Shown here: positions 20,457 to 30,255 of the stretch, piece after piece | How positions within the stretch are numbered: the stretch's first letter is position 1 | Layout of the letters: each line of letters begins with the position of its first letter | DNA from: Patescibacteria group bacterium | Lineage (GTDB): Bacteria > Patescibacteriota > Patescibacteriia > UBA1558 > GWA2-36-10 | Reading direction: 5' to 3' | Assembly (NCBI GenBank): GCA_041665545.1 | Contig: JBAYIQ010000003.1 | Location: 3,222 to 67,221, forward strand | Length of the DNA stretch: 64,000 nt | The notes under the pieces: model-generated | The model's database searches: none | The model's input: only the letters and a program-made list of their open reading frames with translations | Told to the model about the DNA's origin: nothing | Position numbers and translations under genes: made by a program

Positions 20457-21613
20457 GCATGATTATGAAGATAATTTATATAGCTAATTCAAGAATACCA
20501 ACGGAAAAGGCTCATGGCCACCAGATTTGTCAGATGTGCTCTGAATTTTCGCGACTCGGTTACGAGACGGAATTATGGTTACCCACAAAAGATAATAATA
20601 TTAAACAAGATATTTTTACATATTATAAAATGGAAAAAACTTTCAAAATAAAAATTATTGAAAGTTATGATTTTATCCGTTTTGATAGATTTTTGTTTAA
20701 CAGGAGTTATTGGTTGCAGAGTTTAAATTTTTCTCTAAAGATAATGTTTGAAAAAATTCAACCGGGGGATTTAATTTATACTAGGGATATTTTAACCGCT
20801 TTTATGTTGAGCCTTAGGGGTGGGCAGGTGTCTTACGAATGTCACAGCCTGATAAAATACGCATGGTTGTTGAAATCATTAAGCCGGCCTATAAAAAAAA
20901 TAATTGTATTAACTCAAGGAATTAAAAATATTTTTGTAAGCTTGGGGTACAAAGAAGAAAATATAATAGTTGGTCCCGATGCGGTTGATATAGAAAAATT
21001 TGATCTGGATTTAACTATAGAAAAGGCTAGATCTAAATTGAGCTTACCGAGCGAAAAGAAAATTCTTGGGTTTACGGGTAGTTTTACCACCATGAATCAG
21101 GATAAAGGAATTAAAGATATTTTATTAGCGCTAAAAATTATATCGAAAAAAAAAGATATTTTATTTGTCGCGATCGGTGGCAATCAAAGTGATATAAATT
21201 TTTATCGACAGACAGCGGATGATCTCGGTGTAGGTGAGAGTGCTTTGTTTTTACCTAAAGTTGATCAGAATATTTTAGCGGTTTATCAGAAGGCTTTTGA
21301 TGTATTGTTGATGCCTTTTCCCAATACGACTCATTATGCTTTTTATATGTCGCCTTTAAAAATGTTTGAATACATGGCTTCTCAACGTCCGATTGTTTCC
21401 TCTGATTTAGTAACTATTAGGGAGGTTCTTAATGAAAATAATTGTCTTTTTTGTCGCTCAGATGATCCGGTTGATTTAGCTTTAAAAATAAAAATTATTT
21501 TGAAAAATCCATATTTAGCTAAAAAAATAAGTCAACAAGCCTATCAAGATGTACAGTCTTATACTTGGGAAAAGAGAGCAGAAAACATTATAAATTTTAT
21601 AAATAAAAATTAA
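20453..21613 (+). CDS. Glycosyltransferase family 4
   Basis: SRIPTEKAHG, SPLKMFEYMAS, YTWEKRA. Confidence 0.9.
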   Translation: MSMIMKIIYIANSRIPTEKAHGHQICQMCSEFSRLGYETELWLPTKDNNIKQDIFTYYKMEKTFKIKIIESYDFIRFDRFLFNRSYWLQSLNFSLKIMFEKIQPGDLIYTRDILTAFMLSLRGGQVSYECHSLIKYAWLLKSLSRPIKKIIVLTQGIKNIFVSLGYKEENIIVGPDAVDIEKFDLDLTIEKARSKLSLPSEKKILGFTGSFTTMNQDKGIKDILLALKIISKKKDILFVAIGGNQSDINFYRQTADDLGVGESALFLPKVDQNILAVYQKAFDVLLMPFPNTTHYAFYMSPLKMFEYMASQRPIVSSDLVTIREVLNENNCLFCRSDDPVDLALKIKIILKNPYLAKKISQQAYQDVQSYTWEKRAENIINFINKN

Positions 21614-21660
21614 GAGGGATATTAAAAAATAGCCTGTTTTTCTATAAATTTATCTAAATT

Positions 21661-21708
21661 TGGTTTATAATGGTACTTATTGACACCTTTTGATACTTTG
21701 GCTATAAT
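21661..21708 (+). promoter_or_regulatory. Consensus sigma70 promoter overlapped by four 10-bp-period direct repeats
   Basis: TTGACA(21680-85), 17 bp, TATAAT(21703-08). Repeats TGGTTT/TGGTAC/TGACAC/TGATAC start at 21661, 21671, 21681 and 21691. Confidence 0.8.
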
Positions 21709-21717
21709 ACAGGTTAT

Positions 21718-21969
21718 ATGAATAACCAAGAAATAAAATCTAACGCAGTCTATACAACAAAGGAAACTCAGGAATTACTCAAAATTAGCAGTAGTACTAT
21801 TAAAAGGATGCTTAAAAATGGCCTAATTAAAGCCAATAAAGTTGGTGGTCAATACAGAATTTTAGGCAAAGAAATTCTGCGATTGGTATCGCCGAAAGTT
21901 GAGCAGGAAGCCATTCAATCTTATTTAAGTTTAAAGCAAAAAGTAGTAAATAAAATTAATAGATGGTAA
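21718..21969 (+). CDS. Small helix-turn-helix DNA-binding protein (HTH_17 / excisionase / BldC-like)
   Basis: YTTKETQELLKISSSTIKRMLKNGLIKANKVGGQYRI. Confidence 0.85.
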   Translation: MNNQEIKSNAVYTTKETQELLKISSSTIKRMLKNGLIKANKVGGQYRILGKEILRLVSPKVEQEAIQSYLSLKQKVVNKINRW

Positions 21970-21996
21970 TTTAAGAAAAATAAGTATCTTTATTAT

Positions 21997-23787
21997 ATGA
22001 ATTTTTTTAAAAAAAATAAAATTTTTATTTTTTTGCAACTAATCTATCGCGGTTATAGAGAATATAAATGGCGGATAGTTATGTTGATTTTTCTCGGTTT
22101 TTTTGGTGGTTTATTGGAGGGCGTCGGTATAAATTCGATTATCCCCTTGTTTTCTTTTTTAGTAGGGAATGATCCAGCGGGGAGCAATTTTATTGCTCGT
22201 GCCATGGAAAAAATTTTTATATTTGCGGGGATTCAATTTAGTTTGCGCAACCTGCTTATTTTTATAATCTTTTTGTTTCTTTTTAGAGCGGTGGTTTTAC
22301 TTATTTCCAGTTATATTAAAATATCAACCTCTACTCGTTATGAGGAAAAAACTAGAAATAAATTATTTAGGTTGACGTTGAACGCATCATGGGCCTATCT
22401 CTTAAATCAAAAAATTGGACATCTTGAAAGTTTATTGATTACTAATATAAATTATAGCAGCGGTCTATTTAATCAGATTACTACGGCCATCACTCTTTTG
22501 GGTAGCTTGTTTATGTATATTCTAGTGGCGATCAACATCTCTTTTCCGATCACTTTGTTTACTATTGGTGTCGGCGCCATATCCTTAATAATTTTTCAGC
22601 CATTGGTTTTTAGATCAAGGCTCACTGCCCAGAAAAGAGAAATATTAAATCGAGAAATCGCTCACTTTATTAATGAAAATATTGTTGGCATGAAGACTTT
22701 AAAAGCTTCTTTTGCTAACTTGATTGTGGTAGAAATAGGTAAAAATTATTTTGCGCAGTTAAGGCTATTAGTTAGGAAAGCAACAATGCTCAAGATTTAT
22801 TCCGATGCTTTTATACAGCCGATTGGGGTTATATTTATTTGTGGTATTTTCACTTTTTCTTATAAATCGTCTAATTTTAATTTAGCAGCATTAGTGGCCG
22901 TTATCTATTTGATTCAAAAAATTTTTGTTTATGTGCAGCAGCTCCAGGGGACCTTGCACGAAGTTAATGAATTCACACCATATTTAAAAAGTATTTTGGC
23001 ATATGAGGACGCGGTCAGCCAATGCGAAGATGTTGATAATGGCAAACAAACTTTTATTTTTAAGGATAGTATAGAATTTAAGAATGTAGATTTTTATTAT
23101 AATCAGAACAAAAAAATATTTTCAAAAATTAATTTTAAAATAAAGAAGTCAGAAATGGTTGGGTTGATTGGTTCCTCGGGCGGAGGTAAGAGTACCTTGG
23201 CGGATTTAATTTTACGTTTTTTTGAGCCAACAGGCGGAGAAATTTTAATTGACGGTCAAAATATTAACGATTTTAAACTTAAAGAGCTGCGTCTTAATAT
23301 TGGTTATGTGTCTCAAGATGCTTTTATAAAAAATGACACCATAACTAATAATATAAAGTTTTATGACGAGACAATAACTGATGAGCAAGTTGAGAAAGCG
23401 GCTAAAATGGCTGATATTTATGATTTTATTATGAGCCTGCCTAAAAAATTTGAGACGGTAGTTGGTGAGCGAGGTGTATTATTTTCCGGCGGTCAGCGGC
23501 AAAGAATCGTCATTGCTCGGGTTTTAGTCAGAAGCCCACAAATTTTGATTTTAGACGAAGCCACTAGCGCCCTAGATAATGAATCGGAAATTCAAGTGCA
23601 AAAAGTTATTGAAAATTTAAAAAATAAAGTCACGGTTTTATTAATTGCTCATCGCCTGTCAACTGTGATGAATTGCGACAAACTGTTAGTTTTACAAAAC
23701 GGAGAAATAAAGGAGCAGGGTTCGCCGAAAAAATTATTATCTGACGAAGAATCTTATTTTTATAAAGTTTATAACTTGAAAAATTAA
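21997..23787 (+). CDS. ABC transporter, fused TMD+NBD (MsbA/PglK-like lipid-linked glycan flippase)
   Basis: TM domain, then GSSGGGKST, FSGGQRQR, ILDEATSALD, IAHRLST. Confidence 0.9.
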   Translation: MNFFKKNKIFIFLQLIYRGYREYKWRIVMLIFLGFFGGLLEGVGINSIIPLFSFLVGNDPAGSNFIARAMEKIFIFAGIQFSLRNLLIFIIFLFLFRAVVLLISSYIKISTSTRYEEKTRNKLFRLTLNASWAYLLNQKIGHLESLLITNINYSSGLFNQITTAITLLGSLFMYILVAINISFPITLFTIGVGAISLIIFQPLVFRSRLTAQKREILNREIAHFINENIVGMKTLKASFANLIVVEIGKNYFAQLRLLVRKATMLKIYSDAFIQPIGVIFICGIFTFSYKSSNFNLAALVAVIYLIQKIFVYVQQLQGTLHEVNEFTPYLKSILAYEDAVSQCEDVDNGKQTFIFKDSIEFKNVDFYYNQNKKIFSKINFKIKKSEMVGLIGSSGGGKSTLADLILRFFEPTGGEILIDGQNINDFKLKELRLNIGYVSQDAFIKNDTITNNIKFYDETITDEQVEKAAKMADIYDFIMSLPKKFETVVGERGVLFSGGQRQRIVIARVLVRSPQILILDEATSALDNESEIQVQKVIENLKNKVTVLLIAHRLSTVMNCDKLLVLQNGEIKEQGSPKKLLSDEESYFYKVYNLKN

Positions 23788-23797
23788 TCAAAGTTAT

Positions 23798-24910
23798 ATG
23801 AGGTATTGCAAAAAATGCATTCAGCCAGACACTCGTCCCAATGTTAAGTTTGATAGTAAGGGTATATGTTTAGCTTGTCGTTTTGCTGAGAAACAAAATA
23901 AAATTGATTGGGCTGCTCGGCGACGTGAATTAGATAAGATAGTTGAGTTTGGTAAAAAATATAATGTTTCGGGTTATGATTGTATTATTGGTGTCAGTGG
24001 TGGCAAGGACAGCACGCGACAAGCACTTTTTGTGAGGGATGAGCTTAAAATGAAACCATTGTTAGTTTCTTGTTCATATCCTCCAGAACAATTGACTGAG
24101 ATAGGGGCACATAATATTTCTAATTTAATTTCTTTGGGTTTCGATTGTATTAATGTTAGTCCAGATCCAGTCGTCTGGAAAATTTTAATGCGTGAAGGTT
24201 TTCTGCGTTTTGGTAATTGGTGTAAATCAACAGAGTTAGCCCTTTATGCTAGTGCTCCTAAAATTGCCATTGCTTATCATATTCCAATTATATTTCTTGG
24301 TGAGAATCCAGCTATTGCTTTTGGCGACCTGAGCGTCGGTTCAACGACCGGAGATGCCAATAAAATGAAATATTGTCATACTTTAAAAGGCGGGACAGAA
24401 GTTTTGGTGACTAATGAAATATCAGAAAAAGATCTTTTTTGGTATTACTATCCTTCGGATGAGGAAATGGAGTGGATAAAGATGCGCATTGTTTATTTGG
24501 GTTATTATGTGCATGATTTTACTAGATTTAAGAATGCGGAATTTGCCATGAAGCGAGGCTTACGTATACGTAAAGATTCACCCCAAGATACTGGGGATGT
24601 TTATGGATTTGAGGCACTAGATGATGATTTTGTTATTATTAATCAGATGTTTAAATATTTAAAATTTGGTTTTGGCAAATCCAATGATCAATTAAGCGAA
24701 GCTATTAGGTTAGGTTTAACAACCCGTAAAAAAGCAATCAGTTTAGCTAAAAAGTACGATGGAAAATGTGCTCCTCGTTTTATAAAAAAGTTTTGTAGCT
24801 ATATTGGTATTAGTGAAAAAAAGTTTTGGGAGATTGCGGAAAAATTTCGCAATAATGACATCTGGCAGAATATCGGAGGGGAATGGCATATAAAAACCGT
24901 ACTAGAATAA
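23798..24910 (+). CDS. N-acetyl sugar amidotransferase (WbuX/PseA-like)
   Basis: CxxC..CxxC at the N-terminus, PP-loop SGGKDS, YLKFGFG. Confidence 0.9.
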   Translation: MRYCKKCIQPDTRPNVKFDSKGICLACRFAEKQNKIDWAARRRELDKIVEFGKKYNVSGYDCIIGVSGGKDSTRQALFVRDELKMKPLLVSCSYPPEQLTEIGAHNISNLISLGFDCINVSPDPVVWKILMREGFLRFGNWCKSTELALYASAPKIAIAYHIPIIFLGENPAIAFGDLSVGSTTGDANKMKYCHTLKGGTEVLVTNEISEKDLFWYYYPSDEEMEWIKMRIVYLGYYVHDFTRFKNAEFAMKRGLRIRKDSPQDTGDVYGFEALDDDFVIINQMFKYLKFGFGKSNDQLSEAIRLGLTTRKKAISLAKKYDGKCAPRFIKKFCSYIGISEKKFWEIAEKFRNNDIWQNIGGEWHIKTVLE

Positions 24911-24919
24911 ATATAAATT

Positions 24920-25558
24920 ATGGGGACAAAAATTTTAATTATTGATTACAAAGTAGGTAATCATCAATCAATAGTTAATGCTCTGAATTTTTTAGGGTAT
25001 GATTTTATTGTTTCTAGCCGTAAATCAGATATTATCAAAGCGCAATCTTATATTTTACCAGGAGTGGGTGCTTTTGGAGAGGCGATGAAAAATTTTAATA
25101 AGTTAGATATTTTAGATTGCTTACAGGAGCAAGTGTTGATAAAGAAAAAGCCTATTTTGGGCATTTGTCTGGGTATGCAGATTTTGGCCAAAGATTCAGA
25201 AGAGAGTGGTTTTTGTCAGGGACTTGGCTGGATTGATGGTCATGTGGTTGCTCTTAATAAAGCAAAAGATCTAAGGATACCTCATGTGGGCTGGGATAAT
25301 ATTAAATTAATAAAAAAAGATCCACTTTTTTTACGGACTGACAATAAAGAATTGAATTATTATTTTGATCACAGTTATCATTTTGTTTGTGCTGATAAAT
25401 TTATTTCCGCCAGATGTTATTATGGGGAAGATTTTGCGGTAGCAGTGCAAAAGAATAATATTTTTGGTGTTCAATTTCATCCGGAGAAGAGTCAGCGTAA
25501 TGGTTTAAAATTATTGCGTTGTTTTTTGGATATATCATTAAAATATCATAGCGTTTAA
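24920..25558 (+). CDS. hisH: Glutamine amidotransferase, HisH-like (WbuY type)
   Basis: PGVGAF, GICLGMQ, PHVGW, QFHPEKS. Glycan context indicates a paralog rather than histidine synthesis. Confidence 0.9.
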   Translation: MGTKILIIDYKVGNHQSIVNALNFLGYDFIVSSRKSDIIKAQSYILPGVGAFGEAMKNFNKLDILDCLQEQVLIKKKPILGICLGMQILAKDSEESGFCQGLGWIDGHVVALNKAKDLRIPHVGWDNIKLIKKDPLFLRTDNKELNYYFDHSYHFVCADKFISARCYYGEDFAVAVQKNNIFGVQFHPEKSQRNGLKLLRCFLDISLKYHSV

Positions 25559-25562
25559 AATA

Positions 25563-26429
25563 ATGTTAAAAAAAAGATTAATTGCAGTTTTAGTAATAAA
25601 AAATGGTCTAGTCGTGCAGAGCATTGGTTTTAGAAAATACTTGCCAATTGGAAAACCCGATATTGCTGTTGATTTTTTAAACTCCTGGGGTATTGATGAA
25701 ATTGTTGTTTTGGATATTGATGCTAGTACACAAAAAAGGGGTCCAGATTTTGCCATGATAGAGAAACTTTCTAGAAAAAATTTTACACCATTGTCGATTG
25801 GTGGAGGCATCTCCAGCGTAGCAGAAATGAAAAAAGTGATTCATTTTGGTGCAGAAAAAATTGTTATTAATAAAGCAGCTTTACAAAATCCAAATTTAAT
25901 TTCCCAGGCAGTTGATATTTTGGGTCGCCAATCTGTTATTGTTTCGGTTGATGTCAAAAAATTTGGTAATAAATATTTTGTTTTTTCTGATTCAGGGAGC
26001 AGAAAAACTTTACTTGAGGTGACGGAATGGGTTAAAAAAATAGAAGAATTGGGGGCTGGGGAAATATTTTTAAATTCAATAGATAGAGATGGAACAAAAA
26101 TGGGATACGACCTGGCTTTGATAAAATTAGTGTCACGTTCAGTTACTATTCCAGTTATTGCTTGCGGTGGAGCTGGTCAGCCTAAGCATTTTATTCAAGC
26201 CTTTGAAAATGGAGTTGTAGCGGTAGCTGCTGGTAATTTTTTCCATTTTACAGAGCATTCCCCAGTTGTTCTAAAGGCTTTTATGAAGAATATAGTTAGT
26301 AATGTTCGTATAGAAACTAATTATGATTATGATGGCTTTGGTTTTTTAGCAGACGGTCGAATTGCAAAAAAATCCGAAACATATTTAGATAAGATTAGAT
26401 TTGAATATCAAGCAAAAGAAATTATATGA
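25563..26429 (+). CDS. hisF: HisF-like cyclase subunit (WbuZ type)
   Basis: GGGI, GAEKIVIN, GAGEIFLNSIDRDGT, PVIACGG. Confidence 0.9.
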   Translation: MLKKRLIAVLVIKNGLVVQSIGFRKYLPIGKPDIAVDFLNSWGIDEIVVLDIDASTQKRGPDFAMIEKLSRKNFTPLSIGGGISSVAEMKKVIHFGAEKIVINKAALQNPNLISQAVDILGRQSVIVSVDVKKFGNKYFVFSDSGSRKTLLEVTEWVKKIEELGAGEIFLNSIDRDGTKMGYDLALIKLVSRSVTIPVIACGGAGQPKHFIQAFENGVVAVAAGNFFHFTEHSPVVLKAFMKNIVSNVRIETNYDYDGFGFLADGRIAKKSETYLDKIRFEYQAKEII

Positions 26430-27685
26430 TGTATTGCCAGAGATGTCTTTATCCAGCTAATCATCCCTTAAATATTGTCTTTGATGACGAAGGTGTTTGC
26501 AGTGGCTGTCGCGTACATGAAGAAAAAGATCAACTTGATTGGGACGCCAAAGCTAAAGATTTAGAAAAGATATTAGTTCAATATAGAAGTAAGACAGGTA
26601 AAAGTTATGATTGTATAATTCCGGTTAGTGGGGCTAGGGATTCTTATTTTATTGTTTATACCATAAAAAATGTTTATAAAATGAATCCTTTATTGGTAAC
26701 TTATAATAAACAATATAATACCAGTACTGGTATTCGAAATTTGGCTTATCTTAAAACTTTGTTAGGTTGTGATGTACTCATGCTCACAGTTTCACCAGCT
26801 AAAGTAAAAAAGATTACCAGAGTAACAATTAAAAAATTAGGTAGTATTTATTGGCATTGTCTGGCTGGTCAAACAGTTTTTCCTGTTCAGACAGCTGTGC
26901 GCCTAAAAATACCCTTAATTATTTGGGGAGCTCATCAGGGCATGGAACAAGTGGGTATGTTTTCTCACTTGGATAAAGTTGAAATGACTCGTAAATATCG
27001 TAAGGAGCATGATTTAATGGGCCTTGAGGCAGAGGATTTAATTGGCGAAGAAGGAATCACGTCTGATGATATTTTACCCTTTATTTATCCACATGATAAA
27101 GAAATAGAGAGAGTTGGTGTTAGGGGAATTTATTTAAATAATTACATACGTTGGGATTCAAAACAACAGCATGAAAAAATGATTAAGCTTTATAATTACG
27201 AAACTACAAAACAGCAAAGGACTTTTGATACATATAATGATGTTGATTGTTTTAATTATTCAGATTTACACGATTATATTAAATTTTTAAAATGGGGTTA
27301 TGGTAAGGTGACTGACCATGCTTCTAGGGAAATCAGATTAAAAAGATTAACGCGGGAGGAGGGAATTGATTTGGTTAGACAATATCAAAATAAAAAATAT
27401 AACCCTCGTCATTTTAAAATGTTTCTTGCTTGGGTGGGAATGAAAGAGTTTGATTTTTGGCAGCATATTAATAAAAAGCGCGATTTAAATATTTGGGGTA
27501 AAGATAAAAATGGCAAATGGATTTTAATTGATTCGATTTTAAATCACGTTAAAGATGGGGGTGTTAAAAAGGTGAAGCTTGGTAAGATTGATAATTGCTA
27601 TTTTAAAGTTACACCTTCACGCAGTCATTCCAGCAGGGAAAATGATTATATTTTAATTGGACGTGGCTATGTTGATAAAAAATAA
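26426..27685 (+). CDS. Second N-acetyl sugar amidotransferase
   Basis: CQRC..CSGC, variant PP-loop SGARDS, FLKWGYGK..DHAS.EIR. Confidence 0.9.
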   Translation: MMYCQRCLYPANHPLNIVFDDEGVCSGCRVHEEKDQLDWDAKAKDLEKILVQYRSKTGKSYDCIIPVSGARDSYFIVYTIKNVYKMNPLLVTYNKQYNTSTGIRNLAYLKTLLGCDVLMLTVSPAKVKKITRVTIKKLGSIYWHCLAGQTVFPVQTAVRLKIPLIIWGAHQGMEQVGMFSHLDKVEMTRKYRKEHDLMGLEAEDLIGEEGITSDDILPFIYPHDKEIERVGVRGIYLNNYIRWDSKQQHEKMIKLYNYETTKQQRTFDTYNDVDCFNYSDLHDYIKFLKWGYGKVTDHASREIRLKRLTREEGIDLVRQYQNKKYNPRHFKMFLAWVGMKEFDFWQHINKKRDLNIWGKDKNGKWILIDSILNHVKDGGVKKVKLGKIDNCYFKVTPSRSHSSRENDYILIGRGYVDKK

Positions 27686-27699
27686 ATAAGTATAAATTT

Positions 27700-28245
27700 A
27701 TGCAAGAAAAAAAAGGATACTTAATAAAGGGGCAAAACTTAGCTTTACGTAAACTATTATTAACTGATGTTAATAAGGTTTATTTATCTTGGCTGAATGA
27801 TAAAAGCATCCAAAAATATACGCGACGTCGAGGTCAGAAAATGACTATGCTTGGTTTAAAAAAGTTTGTAAAGAGTATTGAAAAATCAAAAGATTGGCAT
27901 TTTGCTATAATTATTAAAGATAGCAAAAAGCACATTGGTAATGTTTTTTTAAACTTAGTTGATGATCTAAATAAAAGTGCTGATTTATCGATTATGATAG
28001 GTGATAAAAATGAATGGGGCAAAGGATATGCTGGTGAAGTGATTAAACTGGCTACGCAGTTTGCTTTTAAGGAGTTAAAGCTGCATCGATTATCGGCTGG
28101 TTCTCCTAATCCAGCTTTTAACACTGTAGTGAAAAAATTAGGATGGACGCTTGAGGGGAAAAGGAGGGACGCTTTCTTTTTTGAAAGAAAATTTATTGAT
28201 ATATCGTGTTGGTCAATTTTAAAAAATGAGTGGAAAAATAAATAA
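27700..28245 (+). CDS. GNAT N-acetyltransferase (RimJ/PseH-like)
   Basis: YLSWLND, HIGN, IMIGDKNEWGKGYA, LKLHRL. Confidence 0.85.
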   Translation: MQEKKGYLIKGQNLALRKLLLTDVNKVYLSWLNDKSIQKYTRRRGQKMTMLGLKKFVKSIEKSKDWHFAIIIKDSKKHIGNVFLNLVDDLNKSADLSIMIGDKNEWGKGYAGEVIKLATQFAFKELKLHRLSAGSPNPAFNTVVKKLGWTLEGKRRDAFFFERKFIDISCWSILKNEWKNK

Positions 28246-28255
28246 TATTAAAAAT

Positions 28256-29272
28256 ATGTTCAAAAAAAATTCAACATTTATTATTGCGGAAGCGGGTATA
28301 AATCACAACGGTGATTTTGCAACAGCTAAAAAATTGATTATTGAAGCAAAAAAATGCGGAGCTGATGCCATAAAGTTTCAGTCTTTTAAGGCCGATGAGC
28401 TTATTATCGAAAAAGCCCAGAAGGCTAAGCATGTTAAGGGTGAAAAAAGTTTTTTTGATATGTTAAAAAGTTGGGAATTAACCGCCAATGATTATGTAAA
28501 ATTAGCGGCTATTGCTAAAAAAGAGGGGATTATCTTTTTTGCTTCCGTTTTTGGAAGACAGTCTTTGGCTTTAATGAAAAAGGTTGGCGCACCACTTTTT
28601 AAAATTGCTTCTTGTGATTTAAATAATCATTTTTTACTTAAAGAAGTGGCTAAAACTAAAAAACCAGTGATTATTTCAACTGGCATGGGGAGTGCTGAAG
28701 AAATAAAGCAGGCCATAAAAATATTGGCCAAAGGCACACGAGAATTGGGTATTTTACACTGTATTTCGCTTTATCCACCACAAGCAGAAGAATTAAACCT
28801 CCAAAGAATTTCAATTTTAAAAAAGATGTTTCCCAAGCATGTTATTGGCTATTCTGACCATACTCTAGATATTTTTACTTCATCCGCTACTATTCTTTTG
28901 GGAGCTAAAATAATTGAAAAGCATTTTACCTTGGATAAGCATATGCCCGGCCCAGATCAGCCAAGTTCGGCCGATCCAAAAGAATTTAAAAAAATGGTAG
29001 AACAAATTAGATTTTTAGAAAAGGCCATTCAGGAAAAAGAAATAAAAATTAATCCTGGAGCTCGAGAAAAAGAAATGAAGAAGGCCTTTCGACGTAGTTT
29101 GGTAGCCAATGAATTTATTGCCAAAGGAACAGTGATAAGCGAAAAAATGTTAGCAGTAAAGCGACCAGGCACAGGTATTCCTTCTTCAGAGATGGGTAAA
29201 TTGTTGGGCAAAAAAGCTAAAAATAATTTAGAAAAAAATACCATAATTAGTTATTCAGACATAACTCGATGA
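28256..29272 (+). CDS. neuB: Nonulosonic acid synthase (NeuB/PseI/LegI family)
   Basis: IIAEAGINHNG, KFQ, KIAS, ISTGM, GYSDHT, EKHFT, C-terminal SAF domain (KRPGTGI). Confidence 0.92.
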   Translation: MFKKNSTFIIAEAGINHNGDFATAKKLIIEAKKCGADAIKFQSFKADELIIEKAQKAKHVKGEKSFFDMLKSWELTANDYVKLAAIAKKEGIIFFASVFGRQSLALMKKVGAPLFKIASCDLNNHFLLKEVAKTKKPVIISTGMGSAEEIKQAIKILAKGTRELGILHCISLYPPQAEELNLQRISILKKMFPKHVIGYSDHTLDIFTSSATILLGAKIIEKHFTLDKHMPGPDQPSSADPKEFKKMVEQIRFLEKAIQEKEIKINPGAREKEMKKAFRRSLVANEFIAKGTVISEKMLAVKRPGTGIPSSEMGKLLGKKAKNNLEKNTIISYSDITR

Positions 29273-30246
29273 TTAATATTATAGGAAAAATTAATAAAGA
29301 TAATTATCGCGAATTCACTAATTCAGATTTTTTCGGCTATGAGGTATTTTTAGCATCGGAAGAGGATTTTCATTATTTGCCAGACATGATATCAAAGTTG
29401 AATATTGTTTCTGTTCATCAGCCAAGTCGTAATTTTAATTTATGTAATGAGGGGCAGCAAGGAGAAGGCTCTTTCCGGTTATTAGAGCGGCTACTTTCAA
29501 TACTTGATAATAATAACTTCAAAGGGGTTCTCGTTGTACATGGAGCTTATTTTGATGAGCTTAGTTCGCAGCGAGATAAACATTTGGAGATTATGGCTAA
29601 GAGAATAGACATCTTGTCAGAGAATTTTGCTAATATTAAAATTTCTCTGGAGAATGACGTGTGGTTTTTAAACCAGATAAAAAAGCGTCGGGCACTTTTA
29701 GCTGAACCCAAAGACTTTTTTGATTTAAGAGAAAAAATGACTAGCCATCTTTACATTACTCTTGATTTTGAGCATATGTGGATTTCTTCTATTTTTTCAT
29801 CATTTTTTAAAGAAAATGAATCTTTTTGTGTGCAGGTCAATGACACAAGTGATTTGAATAAACCGGAAGTTATTTTAGCTAAAAAAACTTGGTTTACTTT
29901 TATTGAAAATAATAAAAATAATCTAGAGAAATTAGTGTCCAAAAATATCAAGGAATATCATGAATTGCAATCATCAATTGTTAATTTTCACCTTAATGGC
30001 TCAAATATGTTTAACTACTGGTTTGATGAAAAAATATTTATCCCTTATCTTGGTGAACATTTGTGTATTCAAGAAGAGGATGATAATATAAATTATAATC
30101 TTATTAGGGAAAATTTAGATAAATTAACCAAGCAGAAAGATATTAATATAGTTTTGGAAATTTGGCCACGGGAAAAATCTAGGTATGTAGTAGAATTGAA
30201 AAAATCTGGTAACTTGGCTCGAGAAATATTTAAAAACATTAAATAA
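29269..30246 (+). CDS. TIM-barrel protein, xylose-isomerase/AP-endonuclease-2-like
   Basis: SVHQP, VVHG, SLEN, LDFEH, FHLNG, EH, VLEI: the metal-ligand pattern of this fold. Confidence 0.6.
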   Translation: MINIIGKINKDNYREFTNSDFFGYEVFLASEEDFHYLPDMISKLNIVSVHQPSRNFNLCNEGQQGEGSFRLLERLLSILDNNNFKGVLVVHGAYFDELSSQRDKHLEIMAKRIDILSENFANIKISLENDVWFLNQIKKRRALLAEPKDFFDLREKMTSHLYITLDFEHMWISSIFSSFFKENESFCVQVNDTSDLNKPEVILAKKTWFTFIENNKNNLEKLVSKNIKEYHELQSSIVNFHLNGSNMFNYWFDEKIFIPYLGEHLCIQEEDDNINYNLIRENLDKLTKQKDINIVLEIWPREKSRYVVELKKSGNLAREIFKNIK

Positions 30247-30255
30247 ACTAAAAAA

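Noticed and set aside
21718-21969. Excisionase marking a prophage or integrative element
   Set aside because: No integrase, att repeats or phage genes are visible in the window.
24920-26429. hisH/hisF as histidine biosynthesis genes
   Set aside because: Flanked by N-acetyl sugar amidotransferases with no other his genes; this is the WbuXYZ-type ammonia-supply arrangement.
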